Shown here one piece after another: positions 13,341-27,300 of a stretch of 64,000 nt of DNA. A program made the position numbers and the translations under genes. The stretch comes from Epiperipatus broadwayi (Eukaryota; Animalia; Onychophora), in the NCBI GenBank assembly GCA_028023455.1, contig JAQFVV010000003.1:15190001-15254000 (forward strand), read 5' to 3'. The notes beneath the pieces are model-generated. The model saw only the letters and a list, made by a program, of their open reading frames with translations, did no database searches and was not told the origin of the DNA. Within the stretch, counting starts at the first letter, position 1. Every line of letters begins with the position of its first letter.

Positions 13341-13380
13341 ACCTAGCTGAAGAGTCTTGATTGATCAAAATACATCTGAT
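13341..13380 (+). ncRNA. Relic hammerhead ribozyme motif (inactive)
   Basis: CTGAAGA-GTC-TTGATT-GATC-AAAATACATC. The 3' part equals GATCGAAACGCGTC after CpG transitions. Confidence 0.45.
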
Positions 13381-13507
13381 TTTTCAATGTATGCCACTAT
13401 ATGTTTATTATTGCATATTTAATTTAGAAATCAGTGATATTTGGCATTTTGTTTAATCTTACATGAATATATTGTCTTAAGAAACCTTATACTATTCTAG
13501 TATAGTT

Positions 13508-13614
13508 TTTTTCATGTGTCATGGCATCAGCCGGGAGGTGAACCCACAACCATCTGCAACCAACTACTTGCTTGCAAGGCAGCTGTGATGACCTCTCAGC
13601 TAACAACACTTGAC
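13508..13614 (-). mobile_element. tRNA-Gly-derived short retroposon, copy 2, with perfect 19-bp TSD
   Basis: Homologous to 2670-2778, with a poly(A) tail. TSD atactattctagtatagtt at 13489-13507 and 13615-13633. Confidence 0.88.
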
Positions 13615-14267
13615 ATACTATTCTAGTATAGTTGACAGGTGTTTAAATCATTATGACACTAATCAATAATTATGTTGAACTGTAATACATGTACAGTGGG
13701 AGAGAAATGGTCTAATATTTTATGTCAAATAGCAATTGACACTTTTAAAGTTTATGTGTGCAATAAAATGAATTAAAAACCTTCTAACTTTATTTAGTGA
13801 AAAGTGATTTGTAAGTTATATTCTTTAAAAATGACTAATTGGAGAAAATGTACAGGATTTTTTTTTTAAAAAAAGTGGTTATGAATTATAAATCTTAAAA
13901 AAGACTTACAGAAAGATTTACAATCTTCAACTTTCTGAGAATGTATTAAATTGATGTAAATTTTATTACTATGCTAAAGAATAAAAGATTGCCATCATGG
14001 TATAAATCATTTTTATTTTTGAAAACTAAAAAATGAATGTATATTTCTTTCCTCTTTCATTTAAACTTTTATCATAATCTGAATAAATTTAATATAGTAT
14101 ATATACTTTCAAATTTTATATGTATATAGTCAGGGCTTATCTCTGCATAATTAATTTTAATATAGAACTAACATTTTGGCTGAATTGCATCTGACATTGT
14201 CTGGATAAAGATGATAGCAGATGTGGATTGGTGCAAAATTGGCATTAATTATGGATAGATGAACCCA

Positions 14268-14377
<110 letters not shown>

Positions 14378-14804
14378 TGCCCATGATTCTTTGTTTAAAC
14401 ATCTATGGGGTACTTTGCACTATATATGTTTTCACATTTGTTAAGAGATGCAAAAAAAAAATAATATTGATCTTTACACACAATAATTATAAGCCAGATT
14501 GTAGTATACTTTCTCTTTCACAGTTTTTTATTGCCTTAATCTATTCTCATTACTTAGAGTAAGGACATATTTGTACATAACCATATAATGTATCTATACA
14601 AAACAATAAGAATTACTGTTTACAATTTAGCATAATGGTAGAATGATAAACACAAAAATAAAAGCTTCTGAACTGTAGCTCAACCCACCACTTATAGTGC
14701 TCACATGTCTCATAATCTACTGTGAACTAGATACTTTCATTATTTACACTATGCTAAATAGATGATTAGCTATATAATAAAATACATACATGCACTGTAA
14801 GAAT

Positions 14805-15032
14805 AATAGCAAATTTTCCATACAGTTCTGCTACCCAGTGCAAACCATAGTAATCAATAGATGCTAGTTTGGGGATATCAGATGAGTAGGCACAAGAAAG
14901 GGATTTTATGCACAAACCTTCTTGCATCCACTGATCACTATGGCTTGCACTGGGTGCCACTACTGTATGGAGAGTTTTTTATTGTTTTAATGGTTTGTTT
15001 AATCATAGAAGATGGTGATCATGTGATGTCAC
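14805..15032. mobile_element. HHR family 1 fold-back copy lacking the centre
   Basis: A short inverted left arm is joined at ~14864 to ...TAGTTTTGGGGATATCAGATGAGTAGGCAC..., continuing to the family end GATGGTGATCATGTGATGTCAC. Confidence 0.8.
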
Positions 15033-15254
15033 AGTAAAAACCTTATACTGCAGACATTAAAATATATTTTTACTTGTTCATGATCTGAGTGTTGAATTCA
15101 GGTAAAATATGAAAATTTTTGAGTTAATCAAAACTTTCTAATTAAGCTTATAATTTTCTTAGATATGTTAACACATGAAAATTAGCTGTAATTAATCATT
15201 TGTGGGACAATAAATAATAAACTGTTAACACATTATTACACTTAAAAGGAATTA

Positions 15255-15800
15255 TATTTTATGTGCTGCTCTGGTTCTTTATGTAGAGATTAAACATTAC
15301 AGTATATATAGAATCAGTTTCACAATTTTTCTTATTTCCTATTATATAATAGACTCATACATCAACATGTCAGATATTATAATTTAATAATTTAATAGAT
15401 GTAATTAATAAAAATATTTTAATATTTGTAAATTTCTGTTTATAATTTTACTTAAAAAAACACAGCCACATGTTAATAAAACAATAACCAATAAAAATAA
15501 TAAATTGTTAATGTTTTTTTGCATTTAAAATGAATTCTCTTTTAAGTGCTGCTCTGGTCCATATATAGAAATAAAATATTTTCATCAGTTACAACCATTA
15601 AAATTATTGTATTAAAATATCTGACATACTGGTGGAAAGGACTATTATGCAATAGGAAATAAGAAATATTGTGAGACTTTGATTTCTTATACATATATAT
15701 GTTTATTTTAATGCTAAATATTTATCTCTATGTTAGAATCAGAACATCACTTAAAAAAGAATTCCTTTAAAAAGTGTTTATTATTTTTATTGGTTATTGT
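15255..15800. repeat. Decayed direct and inverted repeat cluster
   Basis: gtgctgctctggt at ~15263 and ~15547. Inverted counterparts at ~15645-15800 (agaatcagaacatcacttaaaaaagaattc; tttttattggttattg vs caataaccaataaaaa). Confidence 0.6.
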
Positions 15801-15972
15801 CATAGTAACATCTTAATATATTTTTTTCTAAATAAGATTATAAATTGAAATTGCCATATATTAAAATATTTTCATCAATTACATTTATTAAAGTTTTTAA
15901 TTATAATATATATATTGAGATGGATAACCATCAATGTTTAATTGGGTTGATTAGGGAGAAAGGAAAGTAAAA

Positions 15973-16129
15973 TTTAAACCTGAGTGCAGATTTGTAAGTA
16001 TCATAACAAGTTATATTTTAAATTTAATGTATGTGTGCAGTTGTTAAAAAAATATTTTTTATTTTATTAATATTTTTTAATTTATATTTTTAGCAATAAA
16101 TTATTTAAATTAAATAACTCAGGTTTAAA
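15973..16129. mobile_element. Small MITE-like element
   Basis: Terminal inverted repeat tttaaacctgagt / actcaggtttaaa around an AT-rich core. Confidence 0.35.
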
Positions 16130-16199
16130 ATTTAGTTTGCAGATCACTACCCTGAAAGTTTTTAAATGAAGATGATGTTCTTATTCTTTGTGATTTTAA

Positions 16200-18152
16200 A
16201 TACTCTCTAGTGTATTCATAATCCTTGTCCATTTTCTCAGGCTGTACTTGATCTTGATTCTCTTGTTTTTCAGATCTATTTCTTTTCCAATCTATACCTG
16301 TAGTTGTACTTAGATAAGAAGATCCATTTAGTGATCTTTCAGGAGTAGTTGGTTTTCTTGGACTGAGGTAACATTGTGAGTACCTGCTTATTCTGATCAT
16401 CTCCATACTCCCTGTAATTTTCCACCTTTTTCTATTTTTCCAATATGGATGGAATCTACAGGAATTAACCACATTTACATCCAATGTGTGCTTCATTTCT
16501 GCCTTTATTTATGGGATTTCTTTGAGTATAACTACCCTCTTTATAACCAAAATATTCTGTAAATTAATTGCTTAAATGAAGGTATTTAGTAACTCAGCTA
16601 CCTGCTCAAAGGATCATTTCTTCTGATGATCCACATGGTTTAACCTTCAGTTAGATCAGTGGCTCTCAACCTTCCTAATGACATGACCCTTTAATATAGT
16701 TCCTTATGTTATGGGGACTCCCAACCTTTAATTTTGCCACTGTTATGAATCAAAATGTGTTTTCCAATGATCTTAGGCAACCCCTGTGAAAGGGTTGTGG
16801 TTGAGAACAATTGAGTTCAAAGATGAGCAGTAAGTGTTCTCAATCTACCACTTGTTATCTGAAGAATGCGATATATGTTTCTCCATATTTATATCTTTCC
16901 TGTGAGACTTGATATAACTCTCCTGATATGTTTAGCCAATAATTGGACAATAATATCTCTATAAATTTTCAAAAGTACTAAGCTTGGTGAATAAGAATCT
17001 CACCATGCCTGAGATGGTTGCTGTAAGTAATTGCCTGCTATTGCCATCTTTCTTCTGGTATCATGTTTAACCTTCAACCCTATTTAAATGTTCAATAGGT
17101 CTTCACCAAACTGGTCTCTAAATGTTATTTTTGGAAATTGATTCATTAAATTAGGTGCCCCTCATTATAAGAATATGGATTCACCCTGAGCTATTCTTTA
17201 ATCATTGGTTTGACTTGCATTTCTCCTCCTTCAATAGAATTTGATCATATCTGCACTCTATTTACCAATTCCAATTTCTTTAAACTTGTGGAGTTTATTT
17301 TTCTTTATCTCTTCATGATCATCTCTATCATTTCCAGACAGGCAATAATTTTTGACTTTAACATCTTACATTTTTATTCGGTTAGTTTCCTGTTGAACCT
17401 TTGATAATTGAATCTGCACTTATTTTACTACAGCGTCCTTCTCTTGTAAATTCCAATGACCTATTCTCATTATTATTTGATCTTATTTTTTATTTTTCTC
17501 TTGAAATCTATCCTGCATTTGACCAATAACTTTGACAATTTTCTGTTCTGCTCTTTCTTATCTTTTTCCATTGTTTGGGTAATATTATGGACAACTTCTT
17601 GTATGTTCTGGTTCATTATATTATTGTCTAATAACTGATTTTTATCACTTTCATTTATTTAATTTACATCTTTTGATTGTAATCTTCTATTTTTCTAACA
17701 TCATTTCCTCTCTTTCTAGATGATTTTTTTTCATATCTGTAAACAGCATTTCACTTTTCTGATTGCTTTCTTCTATTTTTTAAAAGGCATTTGAATTTCT
17801 TCTACTTTTTTTATTATCCTCTTCTTTTAGTTGATGGATTTTTTCTATTTTCTTTAGCAACATTTGAGTTTTTTTGCTCTCTTTTTCTATTTTCTTCTCT
17901 TTGTTATTATGTCTTTTTATTATTATCTTTTCTTTATTTTTCCTTTGTATTATCCTTTTCTCTTTATCTTTCATTTTATTATCTTTTTCTCTTTTCTTTC
18001 ACATATGTACTTTAATTTCTTTGAACATTTCTAATAATTGAACTAATGTGGAAGCCGCCTCTATTCTCTGGGTTCTTTCCATTGGTTACTTATCTTTTCT
18101 TTCTGATCACATTCTCTCTCCATCTTCTTCAATTTTTCTCTTGTCAACATAT
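16200..18152 (-). mobile_element. Ty3/Gypsy gag-protease remnant
   Basis: Start MLTREKLKKMERE, then a Lys/Glu-rich coiled coil. Capsid-like FPKITFRDQFGEEPIEHLNRVE...AGNYLQQPSQAW*DS, followed by a protease-like tail MDLLI...IDLKNKRIKIK. Many stops and frameshifts; interrupted by the MITE at 16657. Confidence 0.6.
16657..16813. mobile_element. hAT/Charlie MITE closely resembling SPIN (Space Invader)/URR1 non-autonomous elements
   Basis: TIRs CAGTGGCTCTCAACC / GGTTGAGAACAATTG. Internal blocks CTTCCTAATG..GACCCTTTAATA.AGTTCC.TATGTT.TGG.GAC.CCCAACC, TAATTTTGC.ACTGTTATGAATC and GTTTTCC.ATG.TCTTAGGC.ACCCCTGTGAAAGGGT match the SPIN MITE consensus as recalled, with internal deletions and CpG transitions. 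Degenerate TSD agttagat / agtt(caa)agat. Confidence 0.75.
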
Positions 18153-19331
18153 ATGTTCATAAACATTGCATTCAATCTTGTAGAAAAATGTGTTACATTA
18201 CTTTTATATACAGTTAATACAAATATGAATTTTTTTAAATTATAAACTCCACATCACCTCCCCTTACTTGTAACCTTTCACCTTAATTAATATTACCACT
18301 ATTATTATTACCCCTAATCTGCTTTTGTTTAAACCTTATTGTCTTAATACATGGTTTTATTTGTCTAATTTAATTTATTTCCCCTGCTTTATCTCCAATT
18401 CTATCCTGCTTATGCATGTGTGGCTGATTTGCTCATTCATTCACTATTATTTTTATTATCATTTATTTTTAAGTACCTGTGCATATATAAAACAAAGTTC
18501 ATAAAATAAACCATTTGCCAAAATTTCTCTCAGAGATCTGACAAGTATCTGACTGCAAAAGAATGCATAGTGACTTACAATCCTGGAATATATACAGAAT
18601 CCAGTCATTGTACTTTAAGTATACAATGTAACATGAACACCAAAAGATCTATCTCAATTTACATACTACAACATACCTACAACCCAAAACTAAAATAATA
18701 ATGTAAATAATCTTTGCAAAGCTTGCTTCTGTGAGTCTTAGGCACTGATAAACTATGCTTTGATCCTTTGATTCTTAGAGGCTTATTAATACAAAACTAT
18801 AAAACTATGCTTTGCTCATTTTCTCTGAGACTTAAAGGCTGAGGTCAATGGCAAGACTACATTAATTGATCATAATAAGCAACAATAAAATAAACTTGAA
18901 TGTGGGGTGTATAGTGTTAATATAGAACACTCCCTGCTGTTGCATGAAATTATTGTATCCTCAAGTCAATGACAATTCCCCCATCCATCATCAGCACTGA
19001 AAGCATAGCTAAACAAACACCAATAGTCAAAAGCTCAATCCAATCTCTAAAAATCATACTTTTAATTTTTATTCTACTTTAAATATGAATTCATATATAC
19101 ATCAATATCATTACTTTTATAATTTATGATCAAATTAGAAGTTAATCTTCACCTATTATCTTGTCACATATTTCACCATAATACATTTAAAAAACTAATT
19201 CTGCATCAAAAACAGTTTTCTTTCTTAGGCCATTATCATATTTGAGCATTAAGCTTTGTTGTTCCTGATGACCAGAACTTGATCATTATCAGGCACAAAG
19301 TTATGCGACCATTTGTAATAATACAAAATAC

Positions 19332-19742
19332 AAATGAACACATGGGAAGATGAAATAACATTATCATCCCCATTTACTAAATTATCAAATATAAAATCAA
19401 TATATACAGTGAGTATAGAATAAGACCAGCAAGTCAGCATAAACAAAATCATAAGATACATTTCCAGAATTTATCAGCAATCAACCAAGAACAATCAAAA
19501 GTCATAAAATCAACACAATCAATAGTCAGGTACAACATAGGGATGAACTCATGGGGAGATGGGATACCATCATCATTCCCATTTAATAAATTATCAAATA
19601 TAAAATGAAAATATACAGTTAATATAGAATAAGAGCAGAGAATCAGCATAGACATAACCATAAGGTGCATCTCCACATTAATCTGCAATCAAAAAGAACT
19701 GTCAAAAATTATAAAATCAACATCATGAATTTAATAGTCAAC
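19332..19742. repeat. Diverged tandem duplication, ~210-bp unit x2
   Basis: atgaacacatgggaagatg...aaattatcaaatataaaat...aaaatcaacac recurs at ~19543 with substitutions. Confidence 0.85.
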
Positions 19743-20541
19743 TCTGACTGGATCTAAATGAGGTATACTACATATAATAGGCTACTTATCTAGTCACTAT
19801 CAAACTTAGGGCAGAAATACATCACAATCATTATGCATGAATATGCATAAGTGCTAATCCATTACTGATAAAAAATAATGCTAGGTTACTGGTGCATGCC
19901 AATCATCATCAATGCTTCGACCATAGTACTATTATCATAGTGGCCAACTATAAACTAAAATTTTTTAATAAGAAATACAAAATTTAGTGAATGGACTTTA
20001 AAAGGGATATCTTTTCACCACCCACAGATATCATCTGGATTTCCAAACACCAACACAAACCCCTACACCCATAGAACTAACCATTATGCTCTAAACTAGC
20101 TCAGACAAGTCAGAAGTCTAGGGATTACAAATGTTAACAAGCACCAAATAAATATAACAGCCTATTCCAATTTATTTTGAAATAGTTTTATTGGGATAAT
20201 TTAAACATCCCTTAAACACTAAGCTATAATAAAAACAATTTACATACACTGCCAAATCATGTAACAGGTAGCTGGACAAATAAAGACTTTAATAGCAAAA
20301 TATTTTTTAAACAATTATTTAATAAATTAATTTAGTAACAATAAAAAAAGGCATGATAATATTTAAATACCCATTATTAGTATAAAAAACAGAAAATTAA
20401 ATATTATTTCCATAGTAACTAAATCTAAATTTAAGAAGCTTGTAATATTAGCATGACCAGAATTTGCCACTACCCACAATATTACAAAATATACATTTAA
20501 ATAAATCAATGATATAATATAACATACATTTATATAACAGC

Positions 20542-20687
<146 letters not shown>

Positions 20688-22846
20688 GAAGTTCATTTTA
20701 GCAAATATTATTTTTTCACTTTTCAATGTGCTAAACTAATTTTTATATATATATTGTACCCCATATTTCTATCATAACAGTGCAGAAATTGACCTAAAAA
20801 AATTTGCATAAAACTTTTTAAATTAAATTTAGGAGATGGTCTATACTGGCATATTATGACAGGGAAATAACTACTGCAACTAAATTTTCTATATAGAGAG
20901 CAATTAGTTTATATCATTTGTTATATGGAAGTGAGACTTAAAAATCATATTAGTACAAATTAAAGATATTACCTAAAGCCATTAGAAAAATTTCATTTAA
21001 GAATACTCTGTATAATTTTAAAAATACAATGGCAAGACCTTAAACTCAATCAATGTTTTCAATTTGCTGCATTTGATAGTATAGAGTCCATTATTATACA
21101 ATTACATCTTTATTGAATTGGATATTTAAAACAAATGAACAATGCAAGACTTTCTTAAAGGGTGTTTTATAGTGAATTTGAACAGGATTTTTTTTGGCAA
21201 GGTAAGCCCTCCATCTATCTTATATAAGGGTTATCTTTAAAATATTTTAAATGAAATTCTACATCACTTGTTTTTGTTGGGAAGATGTGAAAGGAGATAA
21301 ATTACATTGGAGGGCAACAATTGAAATATATCAGAAAGAAAAATTTTCTGCTGAAGAAATTAAAATCAACATTATATAAAAGCAAGCAAACAGAAAAATG
21401 TACTAGCATATTTTATATGTAAACATATTTGTATTTTACTAATTGATTTGTATAGTCATCACAAATCTTATTTCTAGAACAATTTTTTCCTCTCTGTCCT
21501 TTCTTTTTGTTTTTGGAATTAGAATGGTTTTATTTGTTTACAAGTGGCTGCTTATCTTTATTTGTTATTAGATCATCATCAATTGACATTCCTCACTTCA
21601 CATCTAGGACTTTTAGTGAACTACCTCAATATTTAGAGGTAATAAATTTTAATAAGTGCTGTATTACTAGAAAGTGAACTTTTGCTTTTTAGATACAAAT
21701 TTCATCTTTACTTACATTTTCTTTTAGAAATAAAACGTTGATCTAGTCTGAACAAATTTAATTGCTTTTTAATGATCTCATTGGATTTTGAAAATCATCT
21801 TAATGAAGTTTTATTCTTGTATTATTTGAATTCGGTGTGAGAAATATTAATACATTTAAATATGATTAAAATAAAATTCAGTCATTACTTTTATATTTTA
21901 ATTTTAATTCTTTTCATTGAAATTTACTATATTGTCCTCTGACTACAATAAGTTAGTTAGTAGCAATATTTGAAAAAAAAAAATGCCTTAGAAACAGAAA
22001 TTTAAAAATAATCTTGTTATTTGTCCCCATATATATATAAAAATAAAATTTGCTCACATTAACAAAAGTAATATCACAATTATTCATTAAAATGCAAATC
22101 ATTAATATCACAATTAATGCTGAACATCTTTTTTTTTTTTTAAAGTAGAATTTTTAATTTTTAAATTAATGTCAAAATACTTTTAAAAAAAAAATCTCAT
22201 TTTTTTGCATTATTTTTAATGTTTGTCATTCTTCTTGGATATTCTTAAAATGTTAATCACTTCAAATATAATCAAATAGGCATTACTTTTTACCTCATGT
22301 TTTTCCTTGCCACAGTTTACTATGGAAAGTGTTTACTCTCTAATTAAAAAGTTAGCACCGACATTAAAAGAATCCTAATAACCATTATACTATTGGAGAT
22401 TCAATAGCATGCATAAGAATTTTAAATTTGAATTTTAAATATATTAATAAGGGAATAATAATGTAAATTTAGATATCGCACATTATTCTGCAAAGCAATA
22501 ATCTCCTTTCAAGAGATTTCTTTAAAATCAGGCTAACGACATGAGTTAAATCCACGTGCAGGTATTCACACTTTTATAAATGTGAATATTGTTTTGAGTG
22601 TGGAAGGTATTACAAAATCGGTTTTTTTTCTTCTGGTATTCTGAAAATTAATCGGCTCTAAAAGGGTTTTTTTCAAAATGAATTAGAGCCACGTAGAAAT
22701 ACTCTGACTTTTATAAATGTGACTATTATGTGAACATATAAGATAATACAAAATTGTTTTTTTTAGGTGGTTATACCACTAGTTAAATTTAAACCTGAGG
22801 TTGATGATGATACTGTGGTAAATAGATATACCCAAAGTTTAGAAGA

Positions 22847-22848
<2 letters not shown>

Positions 22849-22913
<65 letters not shown>
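22849..22913. repeat. (TA)n microsatellite
   Basis: Direct reading. Confidence 0.99.
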
Positions 22914-22915
<2 letters not shown>

Positions 22916-23277
22916 ATTCAATATAAGAGAAAGAAATAGATGATAAAGATAAACAAGATATCTATGTAATGTTGTGTATAAATGCATTTCTATTGGAATT
23001 ATGACATCATAATTTAAGAATAATCGAGATGTTGATTTAACTATATTATAGAATTTCGGTGATTTTTTTAAATGACAAGCAATATTTTGCTTGCAAACAT
23101 TAGGCGATCTTGTGAAATTTAAATTGAGAAATTTTGAATATTAGAATAAATAAATTGTATTGAAATATTGTGATAATGGAAATAGTTACTTCTTAAAAAA
23201 ATTATAATAAAAATATTAATCAAGTTGGGTGTTAATATTATATATTGTAGAAATAAAGGTACATCTTTCAATATATA

Positions 23278-23545
23278 TATATATAGGGGATTTGAACTCA
23301 GACTTTCAAGCAACCTTCAACTATCCACACGATCTCATACTAGGGATACACATAACCACACACATGTAGAAAAGATAAATAATCACCAATATATGTATTT
23401 CATGCTGAACAAGCACTCATTAGTTAGTCCAGATTATCATATATATATATAATCAGTGCTCAGTTTATGGTAAGATAGCAAATCTTTATATTTTACTGGA
23501 CAGGCTTCAACCTACTCCAACCTCCAAGTCTTCAGCTAGCCATAT
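23278..23545 (-). mobile_element. HHR family 3 single-arm copy (relative of the 44.2-kb palindrome arm)
   Basis: Alignable with 44235-44500 (gaaaagataaataatcaccaatat..gtatttcatgct; ggacaggct.caa.ctact). HHR at 23385-23428 reads CTAATGA GTGCT TGTTC AGCAT GAAATACATATA TTGGT (core G5 mutated). Ends next to (TA)n. Confidence 0.8.
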
Positions 23546-23699
23546 TAATCTTAAATAAAAGAAAATCGGCCTTTGCAATTGGTGATCAATTTTACCTACA
23601 TAAAAAGAAGCATGTGACTATTTCTAACTAATAAAAATATCAGAGACTTAATATAAAAAGAATAAAAACACCTCCACCATCCTGATGATGATGAAAATC

Positions 23700-24330
23700 A
23701 TCCTATGGCTAAGCTCAGTGGGTTATTGGTTATAGTAAAATTTACTACAGAGACATGCATTAAAATAAAAGGTAATTAAAATAAATGATAAATGCATATT
23801 ATTATAACTTAAGCAAATAAATTGAGAAGAGGAGAAACCTCACTCATTCTTATACACTATTATTAAAATTAACCAACTTTCCCATATTAAAATGTACCTT
23901 CCAAGTAGCATAGGTAGTTTACATGTCATACAAAATCTTATAATGAATTTATTTTGTTATTCTTTCTTAAAATATCTTAGAAAAAATCAATGTTATTCAC
24001 CAATTTATTTCATTGCCATGATCGATCTGAAGTACTCTTCTAGAATAAAAGCTAATGCACTTTTCTAATTGTACAATGAATTATAATTATTTTATTAATG
24101 CCACACTATTGACTTTTGCAATAATAAAATTAATTTGAATAATTATGAAATAATATATAATGACCTCAGGGTTTTTTCTTTATTAATCCTGAATATTAAT
24201 CATCATATCATGTTGTTGAATAAATGAATGACATCTCAGTAGACAAAAGGAGACATACACTTATCTTATAAGCTAATGTATTTCCATATATTATCATAAC
24301 AACAGCAGTTAATTAAAGAAATGTTTAATC
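23700..24330. repeat. Old unclassified dispersed repeat, second copy at ~51430-51920
   Basis: Shared blocks ctaagctcagtgg, aataacttaag, cactcattcttata and ttcattgccatgatc / ttattgccatgatc occur in the same order. Confidence 0.5.
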
Positions 24331-27300
24331 TAACTAATAATTATATTTTTTTTAAAAAATATAAATTTGTAAAATCAAAGTCTTTCCCCTAGGATGACAT
24401 CCGAGTATTAGAAAGAAAGGGTATCTTTTATATTATTCTAATACTCATCAACAACCCAATCTAAAATCAATTTGTAATTTTTATTTGTAAAATAATAACT
24501 AATATGCAGTCTGAAATATATAATAAATTCAATATAAAATCTAATAAACATTTGATTCTTTCAAATGCAACTCCAACCTTTGGAATTATACTTATGCAAC
24601 CTTTGCATTTTTAAATTTGGAGTTAACTGGTTTACCAAGATTTCTGTAACATAATTAAGAATTTAGGACACAAGAAATCATATATAGACAACAAAGACTA
24701 AATTCTAATAATAATAAATATATATTAACATTTAACATCACATTTACAATTTACAAAATTTATTTACAACTTTTTGCGCCTAAGAAAGTAATCTACAAAC
24801 ATAGACAATGTTTTATTATACAGGATGCTATAAAAATAATTGATAACATAATTGCCTACACCCTTGCAAAAGTTCTCAATTATTAACAAACATTTGGGTG
24901 ATTTATCTTATGACACATTCATTTTAAAATATGACTACTTCACTATTTTAGTAATTTACTTTTAACAATTTTTTTAGGCTAAGCTATGTTTATAAAATAC
25001 TTATTTGCTAAACAGCTTTCAAAATGTAATAAAAAATAGCTAAGACACACTTTATGTCCAATAAGCTCTATCTCTTATCATATTAACTTCTAATATTTTA
25101 TTGATAGCATTTACAAAAACACAATAAAAATTAAAAAAACTTAAATCTTAACTGACAGATGACTGAATTTTACCAGAAAAGTGTTATGATAATATTAATT
25201 ATCATATAAACACCAATAAGAAAATTTCTGTGTGGCATTATTTACTTAACAATTAAAATATAATAAAACACTTTAGAAGCCATGTACACAACATAAATAG
25301 ATTTTGCCAATGTCCATATAATAAATTATTTTAACTCTTTAATTGTCTTACCAATCCATTGGTGAACTATTTCTGGATGGTGATAATGATAATATTGCAT
25401 GTATGCATCTCTTATTATACTATATACAAATAAACATTAAATTATTAATATATTTTTAGTATGCTTGTAAACTGCTGGCAAGGCACAACAGTACAATACA
25501 TACATTACTTCACTTAACTAAACACTACAGATAGAAAAGTGTTTCTGAAGTGACTATCCACTTCAAAATTCTATCTTATCACTGCCACGACAATCAATGT
25601 ATTCATAACTTCATCTTACATGGTGGAAAATACCTAAATATCTACATAAGGAAAACAAGAAAGAAAGGCTCATCAGAGCAACAACTATATAAATGAAAAG
25701 AAACACTGGTATATTCCAACACTTTTCCCTTAGGTAAATATATGTTGGGACAAGATCTCAACACATGGAAGCAGAATATATACCATGGAAAATATCCTCC
25801 TAAGGATCAAGCTACACTATATAAGCATGAAAATAATCCTAAAATATTAAAATACAATCTTCTCATAAGAAATAACTACTAAATATTGAGGAGAGCAAGT
25901 TCCAATACTCCAAAGTACAATCTAAGTAAGACACTACACTTAATAGAGCCACATGCATCCCACACTTATCAAAGTGTGATTAGCATATATCATAGGCAAG
26001 ACTGTGGCAAGATAAAAAAAATTATCACTAGAAAAACTAGAGAAATATATCTTCAATCTCTAGTAATTCATACATTAAACAATGTATGAAGCCAATAAGT
26101 AAAATGCAAGTCAAACAATTATAAAATATTTTTAAGTAGCATGATAAAAATTTTGTAATTAATAAGAAATGCACATATTCCATAAAACAGTGTAAAATTT
26201 TATAAACTAAATTGGACATAAATAGCACAGACAAATATTGCTAAATATAATACTAATAAATACCTTGTCATGAAAAACTTTGTAATGAAATTATTATATC
26301 ATAATATTTAAAAAGTATTGTGAGCTTCTGATAAATCATGTACTGTCTGTTTACCCATAAAAAAATAAGTGAAGTAGTAATAAGTATTATGCATAAATGT
26401 AAAAATATGTGTATTTTACCTGGTCATGTATCTCACATATTTGACTTTAAGCCAACAATAAAAAATGTATAATTTTACCTTCTCTATTATAAGAATAAAT
26501 GTATAATTATATCATATAATTAAAGAAAATACCCTGGCATAATATTAAAATAATATAAAATAATAAAAGAAAAATAAACATCCTTATCCAAGTTACTTCT
26601 GGAATGAGTTATCTGACATGGGAAAATGATTCCTTTTGCTGGAAAAATATGATTAAGAGTGAAGCATCTATATCTTATCATGTTTTTGCAACAATAAAGC
26701 ACTTATGACCTTCCAGAGACAAACAATACAAAATAGAAAAATTTAACAAACAATTTTTGCAAAAAATTTTGGATCCATTTGATCACTCACAGGTTTATTC
26801 AAAAAATTAGTTATAATTTGTTTTAATATATTCTTTTTTAAAACTTCTAGCAGCAAACATTATCAGAAATATTTTTATAAAATTGTTCCATGGTTATAAG
26901 TTGGAAATGAACAGTTTCTTCATTTTTAAATTCACATTTTAAATACTTTTAAATATATTTTCTATACAATCAAAAGCACATAATTGACAGCAATTAAGAA
27001 ATTCCCATTCATTATAAAAGTTATCAATTTAAATAGCTTTTTCAAATATAACATTGATATGCTGGAAAACATTAATATAGTTATCTCAAAATAAAGTTCA
27101 TCTTATTTTATCAAATAGGCAAGTCAGCATTTAAAAGTCTTTATCAAGATAACACTTAAAAATAAAATAATCAATTAGATATTCAGGAGTTGCATGTTAT
27201 AACATTAATTAATGTCAATTTCCATTGAAGCATTTTTTCTTTTTGTTAAATTAAATTTCAAAAGTCTCTCAATGGTTAATTTTAATTTTACTTTACTAAA

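Noticed and set aside
17780-18015. Lys/Glu-rich and Phe/Leu-rich ORFs
   Set aside because: Low-complexity coiled-coil part of the decayed Gypsy gag and its antisense.
23678-23705. CTGATGA-TGAT-GAAA-ATCA as a hammerhead
   Set aside because: GAAA is the loop of the hairpin; no GAAA core or stem III follows.
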